Assembly: GCA_964016885.1 (NCBI GenBank)
Contig: OZ024741.1
Location: 67,208,001 to 67,272,000, forward strand
Direction: 5' to 3'
Source of the DNA: Eledone cirrhosa
Taxonomy: Eukaryota
Length of the DNA stretch: 64,000 bases
How positions within the stretch are numbered: position 1 is the stretch's first letter; each line of letters opens with the position of its first letter. Shown here in pieces: positions 39,421 through 54,506 of this stretch. Position numbers and translations under genes: made by a program. The notes below the pieces were generated by a model. The model had not been told where the DNA came from and did not search any database. It saw nothing but the letters and a program-made list of their open reading frames with translations.

Positions 39421-42400
39421 GACTCTTAATATTCGTGTTATAAGAGCTGTGGATATGCACAATATGTAGAGTGTTGTATGAACTGACATTACGGAATTCG
39501 TTCTTTTTTTTTTGTTTTTTTTTACATTTTCAGTTCAAATCCCGTGAAGATCAACTATAACTTCCACGAGGAAATTTCAAAACGGCTACCACCAAATACC
39601 AGCCATCAGCAGCAACACATGGCTAACTATTAACCAACACCAGGGAACGGCTTGTAACTTTACCAACGCAACCACCATACCTTCTGTCTCGTTACCACAA
39701 GGACTCGAGAAATTAAGACATTAGTTTTCTCACCATTATGGCGTCAGACGTGGCTGCCATGTTGGTGACGCTAGGTTCTTCAACGCTCGACTTCTACTCT
39801 ACAGAAGATTCATTGTGACTTTGCTTTAACAACAACAACTCTACTAGCTCCCTAGTAAGAGCGTTCCCAAAGAAAAAAGAAGCGAACTTTTTGTTGAAAG
39901 AAAAAAAAACAATTCTTTCTTTCTTCCCTTTTTTTTCAGGAATTTATTTTGGACATTTATTTTTTTGTAACTGTATTATATGAAAATTCATTTCTCTCTA
40001 TCATTGTATATTGACCGCACGCACACATTTTCTTTGCTGTATTACATGGAACTGCAACCCACCTACAGATTCAACTTGCTTTTTTTTTCTTATCAAAGCA
40101 ACCAGCCATTTTTTCCTGGCTCCCTAGCACATTCAGCAATACATCTGGGAGGCCAACATTTTCTCGCCTACCCATCATCTTCTTGCCAGCACTGGTAAAC
40201 TACCATAATAGCTTCGTTCACAGCTACTGGTACAACACTTACCATTAACATTTAATGCAAGAACAGCAACTTCGCCCATGTCAGACTTTATCTGTTTTCT
40301 GGTAGACCTTTAGGGGTCACGTATAAACTACAAAACAGCTAGTCATTTGACAGCGGCTCAACACGGCCCGTCGCGCCTCATTTTTTTTTCTTGCATGCAT
40401 CTTTCTGCTCAATTATTTTTTTCACTGATGTGCTCTTTCAGCATTTGTTCTTGCTGATTCAATAATCTGTGGGTCCTCGGCTTCATCGTTAACGATTTTC
40501 GGCTAAAAATCTGCTCGGAGGTGATGTAGTGACCTACATTCCGCGGGCTCGCATACATTCTCTGTGCGTGATTTGGCTCAGCTCAGCCAATCAGCGACAG
40601 TAGAAGAGGATGTATCCCTACGCGTTCTGAGGGAGAAATAGCCCGCAAAGATTTGAGGACGCTATCACTTCCAGCTAGACCGTGCTAAGGTAATCACCAC
40701 TTGTTCTTTTGCTCCGCCAGCACAAACAATATGTAACGACACAACAATTTTACTACGGAATTGGCTAAACGCCTCAGCCAGTCGACCGTATTTTCTCTTG
40801 TAATCTTAATTGATTTGTTTGTGCTGGCGGAGCAAAAGAACAAGTGGTGATTACCTTAGCACGGTCTAGCTGGAAGTGACAGCGTCCTCAAATCTTTGCG
40901 GGCTATTTCTCCCTCAGAACGCGTAGGGATACATCCTCTTCTACTGGCGCTGATTGGCTGAGCTGAGCCAAATCACGCACAGAGAATGTATGTGAGCCTG
41001 CGGAATGTAGGTCACTACAGACTCTTAATATTCGGTGTTATAAGAGCTGTGGATATGCACAATATGTAGAGTGTTGTATGAACTGACATTACGGAATTCG
41101 TTCTGTTTTTTTTAGTTTTTTTTTTACATTTTCAGTTCAAATCCCGTGAAGATCAACTATAACTTCCATCTTTCCGGGTTAAATGAAATGATGTACCAGT
41201 CAAGTACTGCAGTTGATTTAATCAATTTGTACCTTCTCCAAATTTCTTGGCCGTGTGTCGAAATTAGAAATTATTATTCAGTGGTAGTTTATCCACCAGA
41301 ATTCATCACCAAACAGTGTGAAATTTATATTTGCAGCTCTAAATAAAGTTACTTGTCAAATTACATTCCCAAAATATAAACGAAATCTGGCACAATCTTT
41401 TAGGGCTATAGTATATTTAATATTAACATATTCGAGTGCCCCGATATCGATTTCGAGACAGAATGGGCCGAGATGGAGTTTTGCAAACATTCACACATGC
41501 TATAAGTACAGCTAGTATTTATAGCATGTGTCACGATTTTATTTGGATTGTTGTGGTCGCAGTATAGTTGACTGGTGACGAAGATAGTGATGAAGATTGT
41601 TTCACAGCCATTAGATTCTATGTTGAATCCCGCTGTGAAACATCGTGCGAAAATGGCATTTATCATGTCGTCGTTTCGACCTAAGCCTTGTAAGTGGATT
41701 TGTGAAGAATAAAGCTGTTTGGAAGCCCGTCGGATGAACTCTAACTGTAATTGAAAGAGGGAAACACACCTTTATCAGTCTGAATCTCTCTGCGATTTAC
41801 GTTCATGTACGTATCTGTGAAAGGCTCATTCAATTTCACGAGCAAGCTGTTTCGTTGATCGAACTGGAACATTTATCGTCGAGACCGATTGAGGTCCGTT
41901 CCACATTGCAACTTAAGTCGTTTAAGAATGAAGATATTTCTGGATATTGTTTGGTGTTTTATATATGTGTGTAGTGCTATGTCGAAGAGACTCTATTATC
42001 TGTTCAAGAATTTTATTCCTGATAACAATATTAAATGATTGACGTCAGGTACCTAGGTTGTTGGTATTTAGCCGAAGACCAGCTCTGATTTAAATTATAG
42101 AAGATTAAAGTCATTCCATTATGACCAAAAGTTTGTTTTTTCTACTGTCAATATACCACCTGCAAGTCATTATACGTTTTAATGTTAGAGAAATGTGGTT
42201 GTTATTGCTATCATGGAGTGAGACCACATAGAATCTTAGCTTTTGCTATAGACATGTAACAGAAAGGTTTGATTACAAATTGACAATAACACTAGTAATT
42301 ACAGCAACATTAACTTCAAATACAAAGGAAAAACACACGGAGAAAACAATCTGACCAATAATATTAAACCACGTAACATTAGAAAACGGCGTCATGGAAT

Positions 42401-42931
42401 CAATAGAGAATATATACATCTGCAAGAAGCAATTATTGCAAAGAGAGCAGCTGCATTAACTCGACACTTGAATTGTATATAGTTGTTTTTAATTATATTC
42501 TTCAACTTCAATAGTGGAGTTATTCAATTATATAATATAAGCTCCTGATATAGCGTTCTTCGATAACACTTTACTTTTTCTTCAGCTTACATACAATTCA
42601 TGAGTCAATTCGATGCAGTCAACGGCGCTACAACATAAACATACACACGCACATACATTGTATTTTTTCTTTATACTCTATGTGTTTATTTGAAACTGTA
42701 AGCTAGTTACCTAACTTACTAAATCTAATGAATGCTTCTTTAATTGATGTGTGTGCGTGTGCTTGAGTATGTGTATGTATGTATTTACGCATTGATTCCT
42801 ACCTTTCATTTTTCATTTTGCTTTTGGCGCAATTTTAATTAGGGTGTAATCCATCGTATATTCATGTTTCTCTTAATTGCACTACTTACACGCACACAGA
42901 CACACACACACACATATATATATATACATAC

Positions 42932-43023
<92 letters not shown>

Positions 43024-44499
43024 ATATATACATTTATCACACACACACACATATATATGTCTACAATTCCCTCAAAAGATGTGAGTTTCTTTGAAGGGAA
43101 ATTACGTGATACTGCAAGAGTGTTTACAACTACAGTATATCGTGTTCCTGACCTTTTGTGACAAAACTGACCGTGGGTTTTATTGAACGAATACTTTCCG
43201 ACGAAGGTCTCCTGTTCCTTATGTAACAACTATCAGGTGCACTTACGTTTTTCTTATGTATATCGTAATTAGTAATGCACTTTTCTTGGGCTTCCACAAA
43301 CCAGATCGAACTGGTCTTGGTTAGTCTTCTACTTATTCCTGTTTTCCGCTGTTGTGATTATATACTATGACAACATACACATATTCGTGGGGATATACTT
43401 ATATAACTTTATGTGTTTAATCTAGATGAAGAATCTGTTAACTTTTTGCTTCATTGAGTGCTTTGTGATTGCCTTAAACAATTCGATTGGTATTTGCCCT
43501 CTCGCAGCTACAACTTCGATTTATACCATGTATATATCCACATACGCCACACTTAAACTGCTGCAAATCACAAGAGATAAAAGTATATCTATCTCTAGAG
43601 GAAACAAATTTACATAACATAATTAAATTTCTCGTCTATGCTGCACTCTATGATAAGATCACTGATATCACATTTAGTCAGCTCATGAAATAGTCATAAA
43701 TCTCAATGGACGACATTTCTAACCAAAGAGCATTCCAATATTATTTAAACGAAATTTTACCTCTAAAATTAACAAATTCTTCATCCTCTACAATCTCCCA
43801 GATATGAGCAATGTCGCACCCAAGATAAAAATATGATCTATATTTCTGCGCTTTCTTCTACATATATGTAAACAAGTTTCACATGCTGTATTCTCATGAA
43901 AAGGCAAATAACATACGATCCAAAATCATCGAAAACAGAAACAAATGATGGCAAAACTGTTACTAAGTGTGGCTCCTAATATATATATACTAAGTGTGGC
44001 TCCCAGTACTATTTTTCGATGCATACGTGAGAAGACATGAAACGGAAAATAAGGACTTAGATGTACTGTAAATTATCTGTTATCTGCTCTGAATTGTTAC
44101 CTCTACATGTTGTATTATTTGAATCGAAGGGAGTGGGGCATTCTAATTGTGTATCTTTGAAATTTGAATAATAAAAAACTGATTTTTTACGGCATGTTAT
44201 TGAACGTGACCCAAACAGATTTTATACAGGTATGACACAATCATTACCCGTGTGTTTAGATAGGAGCTCCTCCATTTTCACCTCAAGCACGTCTACTGGG
44301 TCCCACCTAGTTGGAAATCCATATGATATCAGATCTCGGAAATATTTTAAAAGAAAACAAATATTTCTATGGTAATTGCAATTGAAGCATTAAAAATCAA
44401 ATCTGCTTCTGAGATTAATGAATAAATGAATACTTAAAATTTATTTTTATATTAGGCAGGTATTAATGTTTCAATGGTACAAGTTCTTATTCAGTTCTT

Positions 44500-45850
44500 G
44501 TATAAAACGACTGACCAGCAGAAAAGTGAAATACGGAAACCTAAACAAGAAAATAATTTTTTCAATCAACAATCAATACACAATTTCGCCTTTACTGTAA
44601 ACGGTGAAAAGACGGTGTGCCTCATTATATAAGAAGTAATCAGTATAAAGCCTGTAATTTAATGTGCCACCCTGAATCATGCTATGAAATATGCACAATC
44701 AGCTTTCTTGCAGGATCAGAACTGCAATGGAATAAAGTGAGAACGCTAAAGTGTAACTTAATCAGTTAACAAAGTAGCCTGTTCTGCCATTGTCAGGAAC
44801 GTGATATGACTTCTAAAGCTAGCTTTGGTCTAGCTCGGAATATTGCTTGATGTCAACGTTTTGTAGTCATAGAAAATGTGTAAAGAATAATATTAATAGT
44901 GATGTTATAGCAAACCTCATACCAATGAAATATACACTTCAACAAACTATAGAACTAATTTCTATTTCCGACACTGCGGATACACCTGTTTCTCAAATAA
45001 GTTTGCTGCAATCATGTGTTTGCTTACAGACTTTTCTGAAAAGCTGTATTGCTTTCAGTTTAAACTCGTATGAATCTAGAAACAATAAAGACTCTTTAGC
45101 TAGCTATATTTGTTTCGTATGTTACAAATGATGGAAATATAATAGAATTATTCATGGACTTCATAAGTAGGTGATGACGTGAGGAATTTACTTGAATTTT
45201 CAAGTACCTCTACATAAAATCGATGTGCGATAGAGAATTAGATATGTCAGGTCACATTGCTGTCCTAATTGGGCTCTTGACACGAAATCCCTACTATCCT
45301 GAATGTAACTTAATTCACTGTAAGTATCTGCAAGCCCTTCAACTTTAATTATGTCATAAACTGTGTCTTAGAAATTGTGAATTTAATTCAGGTATGTACA
45401 GAAACACACCGTGTATCGAGCAGCTGGGTCTTGTGAAAAGGCAAAGTGACCTTTCATTTTGTAGAATGGATCAGTCGTTATACAATTATCAATTTCATGA
45501 AAGAAAATGAAAACAATTATCCACAAACAGATCCCGAGTGGGTACTGGATCATAAGTTCTTGACAGACGTAATGCAGCACCGTCAACGTCTAAATCTGTC
45601 ACTTGAAGGAGGAAAAGAGTTGATACATAACTTTCCCAGATAGCTTTAAGTTTCCAGAATAGCGTAAATCTTTTACAAAGAGATCAGCCAAGAAAAAATA
45701 AAAATAAAAATACCAAATAAAAGAAGTCATTGATCATGTTCTCTACTTAAAATTGAGGATTATACTAATTATTAGACACCAAGGCTTTGACCTCAATGTT
45801 TTAGGGACTACTTACGTCTGTGAATATCTTTCATTGGTAGCATACTCTCA
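44500..45850 (+). mobile_element. Decayed hAT (SPIN/Charlie/GTF2IRD2-like) transposase remnant
   Basis: ORF 45446..45643 IINFMKENENNYPQTDPEWVLDHKFLTDVMQHRQRLNLSLEG matches the hAT pattern D..W...L.FL.D...HL..LN..LQG; upstream FAFTVNGEKTVCLI is BED-finger-like. Confidence 0.65.
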
Positions 45851-46265
45851 CTGACGGATTCTAAAGTATTAATCGCAACATGAAGACTCAATAAAAGCCT
45901 TCAAGGAGGAGAGATTAACCAATCTACTTTTGGTGTATAAACGTATCTTGTGTGTTTTCTTATTTATAAATATTCTATCCTGTAATGTATGTTGCGAATT
46001 TTGAATGTAGAAATAATATATGTGGTTCTTATCAAATGAAATGGTTTCCACTAACATAGACGTCAACTTGAGATAGCCCAGTGACACCTAGTCTCTCTTT
46101 TTCTCAGCCCCCCCCCCCCCCCCCCCCCACCCCCTATCTCACTCTGATTTCTGACACAGATCTCTTAACACCAACTCCACGGGAAAACCTCCTACATAGA
46201 TATATTTCTCCAGAATGGATTAGTACTGCCTACATACAAAGTGATATCTCCCGTATAAAAATAAA

Positions 46266-46457
46266 TAATTGTTTCTACTTTTGGTACAAGGCCAGCAATT
46301 ACCCAGTACATTACTGGTACTTTATTTTATCGACACCGTAAGGATGAAAGGCAAAGTTAACCTCGGCGGGATTTGAACTCAGATCATAAAGAGACGTAAC
46401 TCTATCCTTCAAAGCATGGTGTCCGACGCTTTACCGATACTGCCAATCCACTGCCCT
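46266..46457 (-). mobile_element. Main-family SINE, full length
   Basis: Complete reverse-complement copy. Confidence 0.92.
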
Positions 46458-47123
46458 ATAAAAATAAATAATAAAACAAAAATACAAAACAAATGTAAGT
46501 CAGAAGAGATAGAGTCACTAACATAAAGCAGACTCGTAGAGTGCTAGTGGGTCAGTATTACCAAGTAATACATACAGAAAGATGTGTCTCAGCGAGAGAA
46601 AACAGCAACTGGTTTCTGAATTTGAAATTTATTAGGCCATCCTAATAAGGGACGGACTGGCTATAAAACCGGTGCCCTATGGATTTTCCATACGAAGGTA
46701 TTTGTCTGGGAATAAACTCACACACGACAGCTAAGTATCCTTATTGCCGAACTGACCAATCAATAATATGAGTATTTATACATTGACGTGGATCTTGAGT
46801 CAAAAGCTACGTTCACAAATTGCATATTCGGATTAAATATTATTCTTTCATTATAAAATATCGAGAGAAATATCATAACCAAACTATTATGTTCACCAAC
46901 AAATCCCCAGAATATTGGAAATATTAGGATTAAGGAATAAATTAAACCCGGCTATCAACAACAGTCGTGCATTACACGATACTAATTAGATAATATAACA
47001 ATATAAACATGCGCATGTCACTAACCTCACTCAATTCTCACATGTGTACACATCAAATCTAAGCTCATTTTACTTCTTGATAATGTAAAATATTGACATT
47101 ATATACACACACACACACACACA

Positions 47124-47155
<32 letters not shown>

Positions 47156-47179
47156 GTATGTATGTCTTAGTGTGTGTAT

Positions 47180-47317
<138 letters not shown>

Positions 47318-47513
47318 ACGAACAGTAAATAGATAAAAAAAACAGAGCTAAGCCATGCAGTACAATGAAGATATATGAGTTTAACACTTGATATAGTAGA
47401 AAAAGGGAACTAACGTTTTGAATGTTAGTCCCTCATCAAAAGTAAGAATGAGAAATAAGAAGAAATAGAAAGATAAACGAGTGTTAGAAGCGGAGTAAAC
47501 GGAAATTGTTATA

Positions 47514-47602
<89 letters not shown>

Positions 47603-48180
47603 TATATATATATATAGTATATATATATATATAGTACATATATATATATATATAGTATATATAGTATATATAGTGTATATATATATATATCAAGTTGTTT
47701 TCGTTTTACTTTTGATTTCATTGCTTAATTTCAAATTATAGAAACTATTAACTCTATTTTTAATGGTTGATCTATTCATCTTGTACTCAAGATGGGATGT
47801 GGAAAAGAAACCGGTGTGCAAAATGTTCTTTTTGCTCTTTACTGATGAGTTCTAGAGATAAGAAAACATCAATTAATGCCCGGACAATTTCAATTAAATA
47901 TTGATCTTAAAATATGCATGTATTAATTTTATTGTACCTGTATTCACATGTAATCACATATAAATATATTTAACTGTATAGCTGTATTCACTTTTGAATG
48001 GCGCCGTGCTGACAATTCTGACGTAATAGCAAAGAACCGTCGTTGTAAAATGTGCATGTATTGTTAGAATCCAAGTCTCTCTCTCTCTCTCTCTTCCTAT
48101 ATATATATACATATATATATACATACATACATACAGACATATATATATATATGAGTGTGTGTGTGTGCATGTGTGTGTAT

Positions 48181-48254
<74 letters not shown>

Positions 48255-48444
48255 TATGTACGTGTGTGTGTTTATCACAGCGCATGTATGTACTGCTTCT
48301 TATGATACATTGTACAGTACACTTACCATGTTTGTACTGTCCATAGATATAATATTCGTGGCGTGGGTAGCAGATGGATCACTAGGTCAAGACCAACTCA
48401 AACTACTAAACGCAATTCGATTGCACCTCTACTACCTACCTACC

Positions 48445-48549
<105 letters not shown>

Positions 48550-48774
48550 GGAAAAAATGAAACGAAATTTCATTTCTCACTCTTAGTACGTATATATTTA
48601 AGTAACAGCTGTACTAAGAGTGAGAAATGAAATTTCGTTTCATGTTTTCCGTTTATCGTTTTCGGTGCGCCCGGCCGATTAACTCACTCGATATGCAAAT
48701 TGGGCTGCTCAGCCGTTAATATGCATAAGGAAAGTATATAATTTCAGACGTTCAATCATCTGGCAGGAAGGTAT

Positions 48775-48817
48775 ACGGTGCTGACGATAGCTAATAAGCT
48801 TGAAACTAGTACATCGT
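48775..48817 (+). ncRNA. Minimal type I hammerhead ribozyme
   Basis: acggtg-CTGACGA-t agct aata agct t-GAA-ACTAGT-A-catcgt. Stem I 6 bp; palindromic stem III; triplet GUA. Confidence 0.85.
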
Positions 48818-49011
48818 TCCTTTGTCAGTGTTGAACAAAAGGGCAACGATGGTTGCTAAACACTGTACGGCTTAATTCGGGGTGTTTGTTTACAAACACA
48901 CCGAGCATTATAATAAATGTTCGGTAAATCCATACGTACATATATATATGTGTGCATGTATGTATATATATACATTCTACTGTACGCCTGTATACATATA
49001 TGTATGTACTT

Positions 49012-49049
<38 letters not shown>

Positions 49050-50128
49050 TACAGAAGTGGTTACACAACAGTCAGTTCACCATACCGAGAATTGTTCTCG
49101 GTATGGTGAACTAACTATTGTGTAACCACTTCTGCCTAACTCGTCCCATGGACTGAGTGCTCTACCACTTCAGGTATTACCTTCCAGTGTTCTACCACTA
49201 TATATATATAGTGGTAGAACACTGGAAGGTAATACCTGAATTAGGTAATACCTGAAGGTAATACCTGAATACAGTCCAGAATTAGCCGTCGAAACGGCTT
49301 GAGCTCAGCTGTCGGGGTCTTACTGGTTCCTATTACCCACTCTACTACCTCAAGTATTGAGTACTTTGGTGCGTTATGGTCCACCTGGTTCCTTACCACA
49401 TTTCCTTCGTTATATATATATATATATATATATATACAGAGGTATCCACTGTAAGTTGTGGGGTCTATTCTGCATGAAGAACTCGATGTAATCCATATAT
49501 TGAAAATGTTGTAGGTTAAGATAAATCTCAGAAAACAATAAAACATTACACGGAAAACAGAGTCATGATATAAGTTAAAACAATGAAATAAAAAATCAAG
49601 TCATTAGAGATATACTTCACTGCTTTACGATCGTTTCTAGATGGTGATAATACATTGTATCAATACTCAGTTATTGATCTATGTAAGTTTACAAACTATC
49701 AGATAGAGAGAATATTTACATACACGCATATCACCAGCTGTTTTAAAAAGCAATAATAATTTTATTCAATAATAATTTTACTCAGAATTAGTAGCATGTT
49801 AGTATCATGTCCTTATTTGGAGGTCGTTGAAGAACTAACGAATCAAATTGTTTTTTTCATATGGTGTTAAGAGGAAAAGTAATACACTTTAGTTGAGGTC
49901 ATGACCCTTTGAAAGGAATGGTTGAAGGGTGTAAGTAGAAATGGCATAAAAATCTTTTAGGAATGAAGGGGATTGTCAAACTGATAGTTGAATGTATCTT
50001 GTACAGTGAATTTAAAAGGAATGTCAAAATAAATGGTGATTAGTGTTGTATTGAGTTTTAAGGTGAATATAAATTAATGTTATGGCTAGGAAAGATAGTA
50101 TATTAAAAGATGAAAATTATAATAAGAT

Positions 50129-50286
50129 AATTGTTTCTACTTTAGGCACAAGGCCAGCAATTAACCAGTGCATTACTGGTACTTTATTTTATCGACCCCG
50201 TAAGGATGAAAGGCAAAGTCAACCTCTGCGGGATTTGAACTCAGATCGTAAAGGGACGTAACTATGCTGGAAAGCATGGCGTCCGA
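50129..50286 (-). mobile_element. Main-family SINE inserted in the left arm of the inverted repeat
   Basis: Absent from the right arm (about 52250-52285). Confidence 0.9.
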
Positions 50287-50591
50287 AATGAGATATAGTA
50301 ATGCGATAATATACAACTTAACCAACACAATATAGTACGGTGTGGTAAATTGCACTCAGTATAATATAACATATTATACGCTCTAAAATATTACTAAGTA
50401 TGTTTATGCATAAACAATCAAACTCAGATAAGTACATGTTGGCATAGTTAAAACATAAATTTCATAGTCTACAAAGTGCATATATCCACACTATATATAT
50501 ATAGAGAGGTACAGTTATATTGATATCTAACCAAAATATACATACGTGCAAATAGATGCAAACTTAAATACACATCCACACGCATTATTGT

Positions 50592-50915
50592 TTGATTAAT
50601 AATGTAATATATAAATGCACTGTGTCTACTACAGACTCCAACAAAACATATATAGGATCTACATCAAACACATATAAGAAAAGATTTTACGCACACTCTA
50701 GTAGTTTAAACAATACTAAATTAGCAAACACCACATCTTTAGCTGAAGCGGTAAATAATTATAAAAAGAAAAAAATAGATTTAAAGTTATCGTGGAACAC
50801 CATTCTACAAAGAACTCCATACCTTGGGAACAGGAGGGAATGCAGATTATGTTCAGGAGAGATCTTGGAAATTACTAAATGTAAGGACGATTTATTAAAT
50901 AAAAGACAGGAATAG
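50592..50915 (+). pseudogene. GIY-YIG endonuclease fragment of a Penelope-like element
   Basis: VIY...YIG motif with conserved R, H, CxxC, E and LN; homologous to 60640-60970. Confidence 0.85.
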
Positions 50916-51322
50916 ATCATAGTCTGGAATCACCGTATACGAAAAACATTTAAATAATATAAACCTAATTAAATACTATAAACCTAATTAAATATTCTAA
51001 ATAGCAACTCACTATAATTCCGTATAGAATAACATTTATTAGTACCTCTTTCCCCTAATTATATGCTTTCATGCTCATTTTTGTCTTTTAATATTTTAGC
51101 TTCCTTAGATTTATGCGTTAATGACTAAAGGAAACAAGATACACAGCCACCCGTAATTGAATGAGTAGAAATATACATGTATGTATGATATGGAAATATA
51201 TTTTTGTGTGTGTATATTTGTGTATATATATATATATATGTGTGTGTATATATGTTTATGTATGTGTATATGTGTATATATGTATATGCTTGTGAATGTG
51301 TGTATGTGTATGTATGTATATG

Positions 51323-51388
<66 letters not shown>

Positions 51389-51398
51389 TGTGTATATG

Positions 51399-51491
<93 letters not shown>

Positions 51492-51638
51492 TTGTGTGTG
51501 TGTATATGTGAGTATAGGTTTATGAATGTTTATATATGAGTATGTGCACATGTAAGAGGAGTGTACATATGCTCACACACGTGTATATATATATGTGTAT
51601 ATGGGTGTGTGTGTATGTGTTGTATGTGTATATATATG

Positions 51639-51729
<91 letters not shown>

Positions 51730-53192
51730 ATGTATATATGTATGTATGTATGTATCTATGTATGCATGTATGTATGTATGTATGTATGTATGTATGTATG
51801 TGTGTGTATATGTATGTATATGTATATATGTATGTATGAGTGTGTGTGTATGTATATATATATATGTATATATAATATGTGTGTATATGTATATGTAAAT
51901 ATGGGGGTATAGATGTGTATGTGTGGATATAGATATGTATGGATATGTATATATATGATTATATGCATGCGTGTGGATGTGTATTTAGGTTTGCATCTAT
52001 TTGCACGTATGTATATTTTGGTTAGATACCAATATAACTGTACCTCTCTCTATATATAGTGTGGATATATGCACTTTGTAGACTATGAAATTTATGTGTT
52101 TTAACTATGCCAACATGTACTTATCTGAGTTTGATTGTTTATGCATAAACATACTTAATAATATTTTAGAGCGTATAACATGTTATATTATACTGAGTGC
52201 AATTTACCACACCGCACTATATTGTGTTGGTTAAGTTGTATATTATCGCATTACTATATTTCATTATCTTATTATAATTTTCATCTTTTTTTAATACTAT
52301 CTTTCCTAGCCATAACATTAATTTATATTCACCTTAAAACTCAATACAACACACACTAATCACCATTTATTTTGACATTCCTTTTAAATTCACTATACAA
52401 GATACATTCAACTATCAGTTTGACAATCCCCTTCCTTCCTAAAAGATTTTTATGCCATTTCTACTAACACCCTTCAACCATTCCTTTCAAAGGGTCACGA
52501 CCTCAACTAAAGTGTATTACTTTTTATTTTAACACCATATGAAAAAAACAATTTGATTCGTTAGTTCTTCAACCACCTCCAAATAAGGACATGATACTAA
52601 CATGCTACTAATCCTGAGTAAAATTATTATTGCTTTTTAAAACAGCTGGTGATATGCATGTAAGTAAATATTCTCTCTATCTGACAGTTTGTAAACTTAC
52701 ATAGATCAATAACTGAGTATAGATACAATGTATTATCACCATCTAGAAACGATCGTAAAGCAGTGAAGTATATCTCTAATGACTTCATTTCTTATTTCAT
52801 TGTTTTAACTTATATATATATATATATGGTTAGCAATTGTTAAACTAATATATTGTTTTCGTTGTACTGTTATTTACTTTGTATTTTTTCTGTTTATTTT
52901 TTGCCTACATATATACATGCATATATGCACATGCATTCACATACAAATATATGTGCAGTTGATCAATATCGAAACAACTGTCATATGCAATAAAGTTCAT
53001 TCATGATGCTTTCGTCCTGCTTGATTGTATATATGTATATATGTATGTATGAGTGTGTGTATGTGTATGTATATATATATATATGTATATATATATATGT
53101 GTGTGTATATGTATATGTATGTATGGGGGTATAGATGTGTATGTGTGGATATAATATATGATATAATTATATATATATATATGTGTGTGTGA

Positions 53193-53226
<34 letters not shown>

Positions 53227-53405
53227 CAAAGGAAATATGGTAAGGAACCAGATGGACCATAACGCACCAGAGTACTCAATACTTAGGGTAGTAGAGTGGG
53301 AAATATGAAAAATATGTCCCCGACGGCAGAGCTCAAGCCGTTTCGACGGCTATTTCTGGGCAGAAATAGCCGTCGAAACGGCTTGAGCTCTGCCGTCGGG
53401 TCATA

Positions 53406-53511
<106 letters not shown>

Positions 53512-53577
53512 CATATATAAATATATACATATATATGTGTATATACATACACACACACATATAAATTTACATGTGAA

Positions 53578-53609
<32 letters not shown>

Positions 53610-54506
53610 CAAACGTGGGTTGTGATGACAGGTGTTGTTACTATGGACAACCGATATGCCGTGTGCTACTACAGAGTTTATCGTTAATGTTTAAGTTAGC
53701 AATTAATCTTACTATGCTGTAGAAAAGGACAATCGTATGAATAAATGATAATAATGGTACTAATAATAATAGTTGGCTAATAAAACAAATATAACAGCAA
53801 CAATAACAAACACACCACCAGCATCGACGTGTCAATAAAGAAGACTTTATGCGAGTGCTGTACCTGTTAGAAATAGCAATAAATTCTCCTTTTAATCCTA
53901 GTCAACCATTGCAAAACTGAAGGAAATAGTAGGTATTGCGATCCTCAATGCCTTTTATCATCTCGATCATGGTAGATCGTGGGTTAAACAACAATAACAA
54001 GAAGCAGTCTCAACGAAAAGGATGGAGAATCACCTTGGCCATTTTACTTGGTCATTTTACAACCACCACAACCACCATCACAACGTCCATCGTGACTGCC
54101 ATTACCACTAGCACTCATTTTAACACCATCACAATCCACCACCTTACCAACGCCATCACAGTTCACCGCCTTAACTCCACCTCTATCAATACCTCTTTTG
54201 CCTCCAACATGCCCACTACTTCCTTTTCCACCACCACGGGCTCTACCTTCTTTACCACCACCACCACCATCACCGTAAACGCCTCTGACTACTACCATTC
54301 ATATCATCTTCATCATAGCATTAGCAGTGGGAACAACACCACCACCACCACCAGCAACCTTACTATCCTTAACACTACGAACAACTACAACCACAAAACA
54401 ACCGAAACTACACAGCACCACAACCTCTTACTCAGCTGAAGTTAGTAGTTTAAAATATAATCATAGCAAGGCATGTTCTAGACCTAAATAACGCACCTTC
54501 GGTTGT

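Larger units (their letters stand above)
49569..52813 (+). mobile_element. Penelope-like remnant: inverted pLTR copy (49569-50585) + GIY-YIG fragment + microsatellite-rich 3' region/pLTR (51967-52813)
   Basis: About 850-bp inverted repeat around ORF 50592..50915 (NVIYKC..TYIGST..KKRFYAH..CRLC..E..LLN). Confidence 0.8.

Noticed and set aside
53936-54439. 167-aa Thr/His-rich mucin-like ORF
   Set aside because: Degenerate (ACC/CAC)n low-complexity sequence with a non-ATG start and no domain.
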